NCBI GenBank assembly: GCA_964291495.2
Contig: OZ219871.1
Span: 128,001-192,000, forward strand
Direction: 5' to 3'
Origin: Dehalococcoidia bacterium
GTDB lineage: Bacteria > Chloroflexota > Dehalococcoidia > UBA2979
Length of the DNA stretch: 64,000 bases
Shown: positions 1 through 10,270 of the stretch, one piece after another
How the letters are laid out: every line of letters begins with the position of its first letter
Numbering within the stretch: position 1 is the stretch's first letter
The notes under the pieces: model-generated
Databases searched by the model: none
Seen by the model: only the letters and a program-made list of their open reading frames with translations
Told to the model about the DNA's origin: nothing
Translations under genes and position numbers: made by a program

Positions 1-677
1 AACTCGCGCAGCTCCGCGGCGGCGTCCGACCAGAAGACGCCGCTGCCGCTCAGCACCAGCGGGCGCTCGGCCTCCGACAGGATCTCAATTGCGCGCTCGA
101 TGGAGCCCTCGTCCGGCGCAGGGCGCGCCGGCCGCTGGCCGCCGGGCGGGAACCACACGCCCGAGTCGTCGACCCGCTCGTAGAGGGCATCACCGGGCAG
201 ATCGAGGTAGGTCGGGCCCGGCTTCGGGCCCTGCGCCTTGCGCATCGCCATATTGAAGTACTCGGCCATGCGGTCGGCGTGGTGGACGCGTGCGGCCCAG
301 CGCGTGACCGGCTTCGCCATCGTGAGCTGGTCGTACTCCTGGAAGGCGTCGCTGTCGAAGGCGCGCAGCGCCGCCGCGCCGCCGAGCGCGACCATCGGGA
401 CGCCATCGAGGTAGGCGTTGGCGACGCCCGTGAGCAGGTTCGTCGTCGCCGGCCCGGAGGCGGCGAGGCAGATACCGGGCGAGCGCTTCACGCGCGCGTA
501 GCCGTGGGCCGCCATCGCGGCGCCCTGCTCGTGGCGGCAGTCGATCGTGCGGATGCCGAAGTCGCCGGCGAACCCGGCGGTTTCGATGATGGGGCCGCCC
601 ATCAGGTAGAAGAGGTCCTCGACCCCCTCCTCGCGCATCTGACGCGCAAGCAGTTCCGATCCAGAGTTCTCGGCCAT
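1..677 (-). CDS. Thiamine pyrophosphate-binding enzyme (oxalyl-CoA decarboxylase / 2-hydroxyacyl-CoA lyase-like), runs off window start
   Basis: Manual translation from ATG at 677: MAENSGSELLARQMREEGVEDLFYLMGGPII...DCRHEQGAAMAAHGYARV...CLAASGPATTNLLTGVANA, the typical TPP N-terminal domain; GGAGG RBS upstream. Confidence 0.85.
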   Translation of the reverse strand, partial: MAENSGSELLARQMREEGVEDLFYLMGGPIIETAGFAGDFGIRTIDCRHEQGAAMAAHGYARVKRSPGICLAASGPATTNLLTGVANAYLDGVPMVALGGAAALRAFDSDAFQEYDQLTMAKPVTRWAARVHHADRMAEYFNMAMRKAQGPKPGPTYLDLPGDALYERVDDSGVWFPPGGQRPARPAPDEGSIERAIEILSEAERPLVLSGSGVFWSDAAAELRE

Positions 678-732
678 TCCGCACCTCCCTAGGCGAGCGC
701 CATCATATCGGAGCGCGGGACCGCCCTGCGGG

Positions 733-1578
733 CTACGCGCCGGGCGGATGCCAGGTGACCATCCCGATCTCCCGGAGTCCCAGCGGCAGCAGGACGCCGT
801 CCGGCCCTCCCCACCACCGATCGATGAGGTCGCACATCCGGCGGTCCTTGTCCGAACCGGGCTGCAGCCAGAGCAGCCGCCGCACGAACGACCGCGCGTG
901 CTCGGGCTCGATCGGTGTCGCGGGCGCGCCCGACCACACCCGCCGCACCTCGTAGGAGCGCCCGAGGGCGCCGAGCAGCGCGATGAACTCGTGCAGCGCG
1001 GGGAGCGGCTCGAACGGTTCCTCGTGGACCGCCTCGAACAGCCCGGCAAACTGGGCGCCACGGGGGAACCGCGCCAGCGACACTACGCAGAGGCGTCGTG
1101 CGTGCTGCTCCATCGCCTCGAGGAAAGGGAGCGGCTCGCGATTGTCGTAGAGGCAGTGCGCGGCCAGCGCCACGTCCGCCTGTTCCATCCAGCCCGCCAC
1201 CGGCCAGCGCGCATCGTGGACGGTGATGTTCGTCAGACCCGCCTCCTCCACGCCGTCGGCGAGCACGCGGCGCATCGCCGGCGACGGTTCGATGGCGATC
1301 ACCTCGCTCACCCGGCGAGCGAGCGGCAGCGCGAAGCGGCCTCCTCCCGCGCCGATGTCGAGCCAGCGATCCTCGGGCCGCGCGAGCGACGCGAGCACGC
1401 CGAACTCGGCAGCCGAGGACTCCGACGGCCGGAACGTCCCCGCGACCGGCGCATAGAAGTCGTGCGCGGGTTCGGGCTCGCGCACGCGCGCGACCTGTTC
1501 GGCGTCGGCATCAACCAGCCGCGTCCACGCCTCGCGCGCCTCGTCGAGCGACGGCCGTAGTGCGTGGGTCGGATCCAT
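733..1578 (-). CDS. Class I SAM-dependent methyltransferase
   Basis: WLDIGAGGGRF motif I and AIEPSPAM; start uncertain (1578 or 1602). Confidence 0.8.
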   Translation of the reverse strand: MDPTHALRPSLDEAREAWTRLVDADAEQVARVREPEPAHDFYAPVAGTFRPSESSAAEFGVLASLARPEDRWLDIGAGGGRFALPLARRVSEVIAIEPSPAMRRVLADGVEEAGLTNITVHDARWPVAGWMEQADVALAAHCLYDNREPLPFLEAMEQHARRLCVVSLARFPRGAQFAGLFEAVHEEPFEPLPALHEFIALLGALGRSYEVRRVWSGAPATPIEPEHARSFVRRLLWLQPGSDKDRRMCDLIDRWWGGPDGVLLPLGLREIGMVTWHPPGA

Positions 1579-1612
1579 CTTGCCCCTGTGGAGACCGGCC
1601 ATGCCGCCCGGG

Positions 1613-4149
1613 TTAGCCGAGGCGCACCTTCTCGAGGAAATCGGCGTCGAAGCGCAGGATCGAGCCAAGCTGGGCGTAGTCCGCGAACTCTTCGTCGCGG
1701 GCCGCGACCACGTCCGGGTCCCACCAGCCGGTCGAGGGCGCGACGAGGCCCTGCGATCCCGCGGCCTCCCGTGCCTCCGCCTCCGTCAGCCCGACTTCCA
1801 TCAACGCCTCGGCGGTGTGCTCACCGAAGGGGGGCACGGGGTTGCGCGTCGGGAAGCCCCGGCCGTCGAACTTCGGAGGGAAGTAGCGCTGCATCGGCAC
1901 CGGGCCGAGATCCGCGACATACACGGGGTCGAAGAAGTCGCGGGCGCGGAGGTGTGGATCGAGCAGGATCTCGTCCGCCTTCAGCACCCCGGCCGCGGGC
2001 ACGCCGGCGCCCTGCAACAGCTCCGCGACATCCGACTTCGAGCGCGCGCTCGTCCAGTCCGCGATCAGCGCGTCGATCTCGTCATGATGCCGAGTGCGCG
2101 CCCCGGCGCTCGCGAAGCGGTAATCGGAGAGCCAGCCGTCGTGGCCCGTGGCCCGGCAGAACGCCTCCCACTCCGGGTAGTTGCGCATCGAGATCGCGAC
2201 CCATTCGTCATCGCCCGCGCAGGGGTAGGCGCCACGCACCATGCCCGGGCGGCGGTTGCCGTCGCCGCCGTGCAGCCGCCCGTTGAGCAGATAGTCGCCG
2301 AGGTACGGCGCGAGCGTCGGCACCGTCGACTCCTGCATCGAGACGTCGATGCGCTGGCCGCGCCCCGTCACCTCGCGGCGCATCAGGGCCGCGATGATCG
2401 CGCCGACGCCGTTCAGGCCGGTGAAGGGGTCGACCCAGGTCTGGCCGGTCTTGAGCGGCGGCTCGCCTGGGTAGCCCGTGACGGCGGCGGGGCCGGAGGC
2501 GGCCTCCATCGTCATGCCCACCGCCGATCGCTCACCGTTGGGGCCGGACTGCCCGAACCCGGCGATCGAGCACATCACGAGGCGCGGGCAGCGGTCCACG
2601 ATCTCCGGGTAGGTCAGGTGCAGCCCGCGCGTCACGCGCGGTGGGAAGTTCTCGACGAAGACGTCCGCGCGCTCGAGCAGGCGCAGCATCAGCTCGCGCC
2701 CCTCGGGCGCCCGCAGGTTGAGCGCCGCCGACCGCTTGCTCGCCTGCCGCGCCGTGAAGTAGGCGGGGCCGATCGAGGAGTGCGGCGGGCGCGCGTACTC
2801 GACCTTCACCACGTCCGCACCCAGCTCCGAGAGCAGCCGCCCGGCGAGCGATCCCGTCCAGCCGCGCGAGAGGTCCACGACGCGGATGCCCTCGAAGTAG
2901 CGCAGGCGTCCCGAAGGAGCCTCGCGCCGGACCGCGGAGGCCGGCGCGGCAGGCTCGCTGCCCTCGCTCTCCTCGGACAGCAGCGCGTTCGCCTCGCCGA
3001 GGGCGGGCGCTTCCGGGCCGATCAGCAGCGGGCTCTCGGTGAACCTCCCCGCCGGACCGGGCAGCACGCCGCCCGTGGCCTCGCCGTTCGCGTCCACCTC
3101 GGCCCTCCAGTAGCCGCGGGCCTCGAGGTGCGGGTCGTCGAGCAGGTCGGGCACCGTCGCCACCTCGCCGAAGCCAAGGTCGAGCTCGCCGGTGCGCAGG
3201 AAGATCTCGCGCGAGGTGTGCGAGTCGAACCACGGCTGGACCAGCTCGTCGAACTCGCGCCAGTGCACCAGCCGCGCGGCCGCGTCGGCGAAGAGCGGAT
3301 GTGTCGCGAGCTCGGGCTGCTCGATCAGCTTCGAGATGTTGCCGGCGAAGTCCCGCCCGCCCGGCCCGGCGGTGACGAAGGCGATGTAGCCGTCCTTGCA
3401 GGCGAAGATGTCAGAGGGTAGCCCGGCAGGATTTGCGAGTAGAAGCGGCGGCGCACGCCGCCGGTACCGAGGTAGACCGAGAGGTTGTGGTCGTCCGTCA
3501 TCGTCAGCGTCTCGTGGATCGAGACATCCACGAACCCGGGGCACTCCCCGGCCCGCGCCTCCGCGACAGCGGCGAGCGCGCCGATCCAGCCGACGACGGC
3601 GCCAAAGTAGTCCGCAAGCTCGACGCCCGAGCTGAGCGGCTCGCGATCGGGATCGCCGCTCACGTAGGAGTTGCCGGCGAGCGCCTCGATGATGTGGCTG
3701 TCCGCCTGGTGTGAGGCGTAGGGGCCGTCTATCCCGAACTCGCTGATCGAGACGTACGTCGTCTCGGGAAAGCGCTCGCGCATCCGCTCGGGCTCGGCAA
3801 GCGGCAGCGCCGAGGGCGTGCGCCAGCTTCCGATCAGCAGCGCGCTGCCGCGCAACAGCGGCTCGAGGGCCTCCGCCCCCTCTGGCGTCGTGATGTCGAG
3901 CGCGATGCTGCGCTTGCCGGCGTTGAGCAGCCGGTGCCGGCCGCCGCCATCGAGGTCCGGGCGGTCGTCCGTGAACGGTCCGGCCCGGCGGATCGCGTCG
4001 CCTCCCGGCGGCTCGATGCGGATCACCTCGACGCCCGTCTGCGCCAGCAGCCGCCCGCAGTAGGCGACGGCCAGCCCCGAGGCGAGCTCGATCGCTCGCA
4101 CGCCCTCGAGGGGAGGTGGCGCACCGTCGGGCATCAGGGGCTTCACCAT
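1613..4149 (-). pseudogene. Two-domain CaiB/BaiF (family III) CoA transferase with a single-base frameshift at ~3417 (may be an assembly error)
   Basis: N-half LEGVRAIELASGLAVAYCGRLLA...NAGKRS in ORF 3325..4149; continues as SDIFACKDGY... and a second domain FEGIRVVDLSRGWTGSLAGRLL in ORF 1613..4207; one extra C in TACCCTCT joins the frames. Confidence 0.85.
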
Positions 4150-4246
4150 GTCGTGCTCCTTCGGCTGCGTCAGCGCTGGGCGCTAGGTTACAACGCGCGC
4201 AATGCACCGCGTCCGCACCGGCTCCACAGCTGCGCCGGGGCGGGGG

Positions 4247-5389
4247 TTACGTCGAGACACCCGCCGCCGTGGCGGCCGAGGGGTCGAGGGCGTGTAGCGC
4301 GGGCAGCGCGCCCTCCGCGAAGAGCCGCATGCTCCGCTCGGCGATTTCGTAGGGCATCGTGCCGTACTTGAAGACGATCACGAACTCGCGGGCGCCGGTC
4401 ATGCGCTGGATGAAGCGCAGCTTCTCGACGCACTGCCCGGGCGTGCCCCAGACTTGCGTGAGCGCGCTCTCGCGGGCGAGTTGCTCCGGCGTCGAGTTGA
4501 GCCGCCGCTCCGCCGCCTGGGCGTAGTGCTCGTAGCCGCTGGCCTCGAGGAAGTGCGTCGGCTCGTCCCACTCGTAGTGGCGGTTCGTGCCGTCCTTCAG
4601 CTCGCCGAAGTAGCGCAGCAGCCCCTCCCACGCCTCCGCCTCGGTCTCCGCGCAGACCGCGTTGACGACGACGGTGGGCTGCGCCGCAGGGAAGCCGTGC
4701 TGCGCGCGGACCGCGTTGTAGCGGCCCACCTCCTCGCCGTAGTCCTCCCACGGCTTGTGGTTGAGCAGCAGCAGCCCGAGCCGCTCGCGCCCGGCGATCT
4801 CGATCGTCTCCGCGCTGTTCCCGGCAACCATGAAGCGCTCGACGAGGTCCGCGCTCCGCGGCCGCGGACGCAGCGCGGTCTCGGCGACCGCGTAGTGCTC
4901 GCCTTCATAGGAGAAGCGCTCCTGCGTGAGCGCCCGGCGCAGGATCTCGAGGCCCTCGAGGAAGCGTGCGCGCGACTCCCCCATCGCGATCCGCCGCGGA
5001 TCGAACTCGCGCCGCGCCGCGCCCCGCCCGAGGCCGACGAAGAGGCGCCGGCCCTGCAACAGGTTGTCGACCATCGCGATCTCCTCGGCGACGCGCAGCG
5101 GGTCGTGCCACGGCAGCACGATCACCATCGTCCCGATGTCGACGCGGCGCGTGCGGCCGGCGAGGTTGGCGAGGAAGAGCAGCGGGCTCGGCGTGAGGTT
5201 GAGCGGCGAGAAGTGGTGCTCGACCGCCCAGATCGAGTCGAAGCCGAGCGGCTCGATCTGCTCGGCGAGGGCGAGCTCGGCGTCGTAGGTCGCCTCGTCG
5301 GTGGCGGGCGGGCGCTGCGAGCCCTCGCCGGCCTCGAGGCGATCCCAGTCGCCGTGGTTTTGCGTGAAGAGCGAGACGCCGACTCTCAA
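4247..5389 (-). CDS. LLM-class flavin-dependent oxidoreductase
   Basis: GFDSIWAVEHHF, PWHDPLRVAEEIAMVD, GLGRG motifs; TTG start with GGAGG RBS. Confidence 0.9.
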   Translation of the reverse strand: MRVGVSLFTQNHGDWDRLEAGEGSQRPPATDEATYDAELALAEQIEPLGFDSIWAVEHHFSPLNLTPSPLLFLANLAGRTRRVDIGTMVIVLPWHDPLRVAEEIAMVDNLLQGRRLFVGLGRGAARREFDPRRIAMGESRARFLEGLEILRRALTQERFSYEGEHYAVAETALRPRPRSADLVERFMVAGNSAETIEIAGRERLGLLLLNHKPWEDYGEEVGRYNAVRAQHGFPAAQPTVVVNAVCAETEAEAWEGLLRYFGELKDGTNRHYEWDEPTHFLEASGYEHYAQAAERRLNSTPEQLARESALTQVWGTPGQCVEKLRFIQRMTGAREFVIVFKYGTMPYEIAERSMRLFAEGALPALHALDPSAATAAGVST

Positions 5390-5464
5390 GCGGTGCTCCC
5401 TCCGGCTCGAGGTTGCCCGGAACGCGGGACGATCTCCGCATCCGGCGCGTGGTCCGTCAACCGC

Positions 5465-6691
5465 TCAGGCGGCCAGGCCCAGCATCTCCCCCGCCATCGA
5501 GGCGATGTGCTCGCCGATCAGCAGCGAGGAGGTCGCGCCCGGCGAGGGCGCGTTGAGCACGTGCAGGGCCGCCTCGGTGCGCTCGATCAGGAAGTCGTCG
5601 AGCAGCGCGCCGTCCGGCGCGACGGCCTGCGCACGCACGCCGGAGCCGCCCGTGGTGAGGTCCTCGCCGCGAACCTCCGGGATCAGCCGCTGGAGGTCGC
5701 GCACGAAGACGGACTTGCGCAGCGATCGGTGCACCTCGTTGAGCCCCGCCCGCCACTCGCGCAGCGCGACGCGCCAGAAGCCGCCGTAGCGCGCGATCTC
5801 CCACACATCGCCGAGGTTCACGTCGCGCTTGCGGTAGCCCTCGCGCGCGCTTGCGAGGACGGCGTTGGGGCCGGCCTCGACGTAGCCGCGCATGTTGCGC
5901 GTGAAGTGCACGCCGAGGAAGGGCAGCGCAGGGTCCGGCACGGGGTAGATCAATCCGCGCACGAGGTTGGCCCGCTCCGGCCGCAGCGTGTAGTACTCGC
6001 CCCGGAAGGGGATGATCCGCACCGGCGTGCGCGCCCCCAGCCGCCGGGCGACGCGATCGGCGTGCAGCCCCGCGCAGTTCACGAACAACCGCGCGGAACG
6101 CTCCACCTCGCCTGCTCGCACGTAGCGCACCCCGCCGGCGACATGCGAGGCCTCGACGGGTGCGCCGAGCAGCACCTCGCCCCCCGCCTCACGGACGATG
6201 CCGGCGTACGCCTCGGCCAGCAGCGTGAAGTCGACGATGCCCGTCGAGGGTACCCAGAGCGCGCGCAGGGCGCGCACGTGCGGCTCGATCTCGGCCACCC
6301 GCTCCGGCCCCACCAGCTCGTGCCCCCGCACCCCGTTCGCCGTCGCCCGCTCGGCGAGCGTCTCGAGGCGTGGCAGCTCTTCCTCGCGCGTGGCGACGAT
6401 CAGTTTGCCGCACAGCTCGTGGGGAATCTCGTGCTCCTCGCAGAAGCGCACGAGGGCGTCCCGGCCGCGCACGCAGAACTCGCTCTTGAGCGAGCCGGGC
6501 CGGTAGTAGATGCCGGAGTGGATCACGCCGCTGTTGTGCGAGGTCTGCTGCCCGGCGATCCGCGCGTCCTTCTCCAGCACGCAGACGCGCAGTTGCGGCC
6601 AGCGCTCCAACAGCGCCTTCGCCGTCGCGAGGCCGACGATGCCCGCGCCGATGACGGCAACGTCGTGCGTGGCCTCGTTCGCGGCGCTCAT
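5465..6691 (-). CDS. lhgO: L-2-hydroxyglutarate oxidase
   Basis: VIGAGIVG, QTSHNSGVIHSGIYY.PGSLK, IYPVPDP.LPFLGVHFT, NAPSPGATSS. Confidence 0.9.
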   Translation of the reverse strand: MSAANEATHDVAVIGAGIVGLATAKALLERWPQLRVCVLEKDARIAGQQTSHNSGVIHSGIYYRPGSLKSEFCVRGRDALVRFCEEHEIPHELCGKLIVATREEELPRLETLAERATANGVRGHELVGPERVAEIEPHVRALRALWVPSTGIVDFTLLAEAYAGIVREAGGEVLLGAPVEASHVAGGVRYVRAGEVERSARLFVNCAGLHADRVARRLGARTPVRIIPFRGEYYTLRPERANLVRGLIYPVPDPALPFLGVHFTRNMRGYVEAGPNAVLASAREGYRKRDVNLGDVWEIARYGGFWRVALREWRAGLNEVHRSLRKSVFVRDLQRLIPEVRGEDLTTGGSGVRAQAVAPDGALLDDFLIERTEAALHVLNAPSPGATSSLLIGEHIASMAGEMLGLAA

Positions 6692-7398
6692 GCGACCGTC
6701 GCCACGGTGCGCGCCACGGCGAGCAGCGCCTCCACGGTGGCCGCGCCGCCCGAGAGGTCTTGCAGTAGCAGGTCGGCGTCGGCCTCGCGCAGCTGCTCGG
6801 CGCCGTGCCAGCCGGTGGCGACGCCGATGGCCGCCGCTCCGATGGCGTGCGCCGCGCGGACGTCGTGCTCCGTATCGCCGACGTGCGCGAGCGGCGCGCC
6901 GGGCGTCCAGCCGATTGCGTGCGCTGCCTCGCGCGTGACGTCCACGCGGTCCGCGTGGCGGTCGCCGAAGCCGCCCGTGGCGAAGTAGCCGTCGATGCCG
7001 GCGCTGCGCAGCTTGGCGAACGCGCCGGCCCGCATGTTGCCGGTGCAGAGGCCCAGCGCGACGTCGTCACGCGCCGCGAGCCGCTCAAGCAGGTCCGTGA
7101 CTCCCGGCAGTGCGCGCGGGTTCCGCGCGTCCAGCTCCTCCTCGAGGATCTCGAGGTAACGCGGGACGTAGGCCTCGCGGTCGATCGGCACACCCGTCGT
7201 GCGCTCGACCTCGGAGATGATCCAGCAGTCGGTGCGGCCGGCGAAGATGACGCCGTCCAGCGCGCCGGACACTCCGGTCGCCTCGTCGTAGGCGCGCTCG
7301 AGGGCGGCGCGGCCCGCGCCCTCGGCCTCCATCAGCGTGCCGTCGATGTCGAACAGCAGGTAGCTGCGGGCCTCGGGGCCGGCGCGGTCGGTGGTCAT
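6688..7398 (-). CDS. HAD-superfamily hydrolase
   Basis: LFDIDGTL motif I, CTGN, VGDTEHD. Confidence 0.9.
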   Translation of the reverse strand: MTTDRAGPEARSYLLFDIDGTLMEAEGAGRAALERAYDEATGVSGALDGVIFAGRTDCWIISEVERTTGVPIDREAYVPRYLEILEEELDARNPRALPGVTDLLERLAARDDVALGLCTGNMRAGAFAKLRSAGIDGYFATGGFGDRHADRVDVTREAAHAIGWTPGAPLAHVGDTEHDVRAAHAIGAAAIGVATGWHGAEQLREADADLLLQDLSGGAATVEALLAVARTVATVA

Positions 7399-7423
7399 GC
7401 GCGTGCGGGCGGCGCGCCCGCCG

Positions 7424-7759
7424 CTACAGCTCCATCGGGTATCCGGCCTCGCGCCAGTCGTCGTGCCCGCCCTCGACGTTGTAGAGGTCGGTCAGGCCCA
7501 TGGTGGCGGCGAACTCGGCGGCGACGGCGGAGCGCTGGCCGGACTTGCAGATGAAGAGGATGGGGCGGTCGGTCGCGAGCTCCCCGGCGCGCGGCAGTGT
7601 CGCCATGTGCGGGATGTTGAGGGAGCCGGGCACGTGGCCCTCGGCGTGCTCGTACGGCTCGCGCGTGTCCACCACCTGCACGTCGCCTTGCTCGATCATC
7701 TCGTGCGCCTCGTGGACGTCGATGCGCGTGAAGGGTTCCAGCTCGTTCTTGACGGCCAT
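7424..7759 (-). CDS. Single-domain rhodanese
   Basis: DTREPYE..EGHVPGS, ICKSGQRS, NVEGG. Confidence 0.9.
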   Translation of the reverse strand: MAVKNELEPFTRIDVHEAHEMIEQGDVQVVDTREPYEHAEGHVPGSLNIPHMATLPRAGELATDRPILFICKSGQRSAVAAEFAATMGLTDLYNVEGGHDDWREAGYPMEL

Positions 7760-7855
7760 CGGTCGTTCCTCTCGGCGTGGGTCAGGCCTGGAATCGGTGT
7801 CCTGCAAGCGAGTGTAGCAGAGCCGCCGCGGAGCGCCGGTTCCGCGGGCTACCGG

Positions 7856-8548
7856 CTACTGGTCGAACTCGGAGCGCGGCTCGCCCTCGCGGTGCAAGTA
7901 GGCCATGGAGGCGCGGTAGTCGTCCGGGTCGATCCGCTCCTCGCCGTGCAGGAAGGTGAGCAGCACCTCCAGCGTGAGCGTCGGGTGCAGCCGCACGCCG
8001 AGCGCCTCGAGGCGGCGTGTAGCGCCCTGCTCGCGGTCGATCAGCACCGCGGCGTCGCGCACGCGCAGGCCCGCGCGCCGCAGGCTCTCCACCGCCTCGA
8101 CAAGCGAGCCCCCGCCAGTCGCGAGGTCGTCGACGATCAGCGCGGTCTGGCCGGGCCGGTAGCTGCCCTCGATCTGTGGCCGCTGGCCCGGCTCGTCGCC
8201 GGCCGCGCGAGGACGGGCGTAGATGAGGGGCATCCGCATCTGCAGCGAGAGCGCGGTCGCGATGTGCAGCCCGCCGATCGGGACGCCCGCGATCACGTCG
8301 AAGCGCTCCACGTGCGGGTTGCGCATCGACATCGCGAGCCGCAGCTCCTCGTCGATCAGCGTCCCGACGCGCGCGAGCGCCTCGGGCTGGGAGACGATCA
8401 GCTTGGGATTGATGTAGATCGGCGAGTTGCGGACAGTGCGGCCCAGCGAGAAGTCGCCGAACTGCACGCAGCCGATGCGCCAGAGCAGGTCGGCGAGCCA
8501 GAGGCGGCCACGCGGCTCGTCCGCACCCGCGTCCCGCGGCAGCGTCAC
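7856..8548 (-). CDS. pyrE: Orotate phosphoribosyltransferase-like protein
   Basis: FGDFSL...SPIYI, AGVPIGG, IVDDLATGGGS PRPP loop, VLIDREQG. Confidence 0.7.
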   Translation of the reverse strand: MTLPRDAGADEPRGRLWLADLLWRIGCVQFGDFSLGRTVRNSPIYINPKLIVSQPEALARVGTLIDEELRLAMSMRNPHVERFDVIAGVPIGGLHIATALSLQMRMPLIYARPRAAGDEPGQRPQIEGSYRPGQTALIVDDLATGGGSLVEAVESLRRAGLRVRDAAVLIDREQGATRRLEALGVRLHPTLTLEVLLTFLHGEERIDPDDYRASMAYLHREGEPRSEFDQ

Positions 8549-8578
8549 GCTCGGGCCTCCGGCGTCCTGGGGCGCGTC

Positions 8579-8794
8579 CTAGATCAGGCGGCGGAGCGGC
8601 TTGCGGCCGGGGCGCGGGTCGTAGTTGGCCTTGAACATCTCGAGCTTGTCGCGCTCGATCAGGTACTTGCCGGCGAAGAGCACCGCGGGCACGCGCTTCT
8701 GCTTGATCAGCCTGCGCAGGCTCTGGGGATGGATGCCCAGCTCGCGGGCGGCCTCCACGAGATCGAGGTAGTCGTCGAACGGGGAGTCGGGCAC
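8579..8794 (-). CDS. Small helix-turn-helix DNA-binding protein (excisionase/MerR-like)
   Basis: GTG start after AGGAGG; YLDLVEAARELGIHPQSLRRLIKQKRVPA; 71 aa. Confidence 0.85.
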   Translation of the reverse strand: MPDSPFDDYLDLVEAARELGIHPQSLRRLIKQKRVPAVLFAGKYLIERDKLEMFKANYDPRPGRKPLRRLI

Positions 8795-8828
8795 GCAGCT
8801 CCTCCTGTCGGCATGGAATTGTTGACGT

Positions 8829-8875
8829 GCATACGCAACCATAACTTGCCAACAGGCCAATTGTAAAGCGCATAC
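8829..8875 (-). promoter_or_regulatory. Probable sigma70-type promoter for the HTH-pyrE unit
   Basis: AT-rich island; minus strand reads TTTACA-N18-TATGGT. Confidence 0.45.
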
Positions 8876-8896
8876 ACATTTCCGGCGCGGCCGGAG

Positions 8897-8980
8897 CAGC
8901 GAGCGCATCCCTTCCGGTCCCCTCTCCCCGAGGGAGAGGGAGTCGGATCGGGCTTGTGGGAGTCTCGCAACGGTCTCCCG
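8897..8980. repeat. Short copy of the CCCTCTCCC..GGGAGAGGG palindromic/MITE-like repeat
   Basis: gcagcgagcgcatcccttccggtcccctctccccgagggagag is shared with 27477 and 40516; right part matches 40690-40733. Confidence 0.8.
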
Positions 8981-9012
8981 ATGGGACAGGACTGCGGTGA
9001 GGGTAGCGGCGG

Positions 9013-10221
9013 CTATGGCAGCGCGGGCGCGCCCGCCTCGCGCAGTCGCGCGACGAGCGCGGGGAGGCGCTCCACGACGTAGTCGACGTCGGCCTCGCTG
9101 AGTTCCGGCGACAGCGACATCCGCACTGAGCCGATCGCCAACTCCAGCGGCACACCCATCGCCAGCAGCACGTGCGAGGGCTCCCATGTCGCCGAGGTGC
9201 AGGCGGCTCCGGCCGAGCACTCGACGCCGATCTCGTCCAGCGCGCCGACGAGCGACTCGCCCTCGATGCCGTCGAAGCAGAGGTGAAGGTTGTGTGGCAG
9301 CCGCTGCGAGGGGTGGCCGTTGAGCCTCGCGCCGGGCAGCGCCGCGGCGAGGCCGTCGCGGAGCCGGTCGCGCAGCGCCGAGGTGCGCTCGCTGAAGGCC
9401 TCGCGCTCGGCCTGCGCGAGCCGCAGCGCGGTCGCGAAGCCAGCCGCGCCGGGCACGTTCTCCGTGCCGGAGCGGCGCTGCCGCTCCTGGCCGCCGCCGG
9501 AGGTCTGCTCCAGGAACGGCACGCCTCGGCGGATGTAGAGCAGCCCCACGCCCTTCGGCCCGCCGAACTTGTGCCCCGACAGCGAAAGCAGGTCCACTCC
9601 GAGCGCGTCCACGTCGAGCGGCAGCGACGCCGCTGCCTGCACCGCGTCCGTATGGAACGGGATCGCCCGGCCGATCGCGCGCTGGCGCTCGCGCACCGCC
9701 TCGACGATCGCGGGCAGCGGCTGGACCGTGCCCACCTCGTTGTTGGCGTACATCACCGAGACCAGCACCGTGTCGTCGCGCACCGCCGCCGCGATCGCCG
9801 CCGGGTCGGCGACGCCCTGCTCGTCGACCGGGACTATCTCGACCTCGAAGCCGAAGCGTTCGAGGTAGTGCATCGAGTGGAGGACAGCGTGGTGCTCGAC
9901 GGCGCTGGTGACGACGTGCGCGCCGGCCCCGGCCTCGCGCTGGGCGAAGGCGACGCCTTTGATCGCGGCGTTGATGCTCTCCGTCCCGCCCGAGGTGAAG
10001 ACGACCTCCTCGGCCCGCGCGCCGATCACCTCGGCGACAGTCTCGCGCGCCCCGGCGAGCGCCTCGGCCGAGGCGCGCCCGCCCGCGTGATGCGCCGAGG
10101 GGTTGCCGAAGTGCTGCGAGAACAGCGGCAGCATCACCTCGAGCGCCTCGGCGCGCACCGCCGTCGACGCGGCCGCGTCGAGGTAGATTCGGCGCTCGGG
10201 AGTGTTCGAGGAGTTGGTCAT
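9013..10221 (-). CDS. iscS: Cysteine desulfurase (IscS/NifS class)
   Basis: IYLDAAAST, GNPS, FTSGGTES, HTDAVQA, SLSGHKFGGPKG, CSAGAACTS. Confidence 0.85.
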   Translation of the reverse strand: MTNSSNTPERRIYLDAAASTAVRAEALEVMLPLFSQHFGNPSAHHAGGRASAEALAGARETVAEVIGARAEEVVFTSGGTESINAAIKGVAFAQREAGAGAHVVTSAVEHHAVLHSMHYLERFGFEVEIVPVDEQGVADPAAIAAAVRDDTVLVSVMYANNEVGTVQPLPAIVEAVRERQRAIGRAIPFHTDAVQAAASLPLDVDALGVDLLSLSGHKFGGPKGVGLLYIRRGVPFLEQTSGGGQERQRRSGTENVPGAAGFATALRLAQAEREAFSERTSALRDRLRDGLAAALPGARLNGHPSQRLPHNLHLCFDGIEGESLVGALDEIGVECSAGAACTSATWEPSHVLLAMGVPLELAIGSVRMSLSPELSEADVDYVVERLPALVARLREAGAPALP

Positions 10222-10270
10222 GCCGCGATGGTACCGCGTTGCGGGTGGCAACGGGTCCAGGGCCAGCCCC

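Noticed and set aside
9013-10221. Cysteine desulfurase or rhodaneses as dedicated selenium-delivery genes
   Set aside because: No sequence feature or linkage distinguishes them from ordinary sulfur-trafficking enzymes; no selA/B/C/D was recognised in the window
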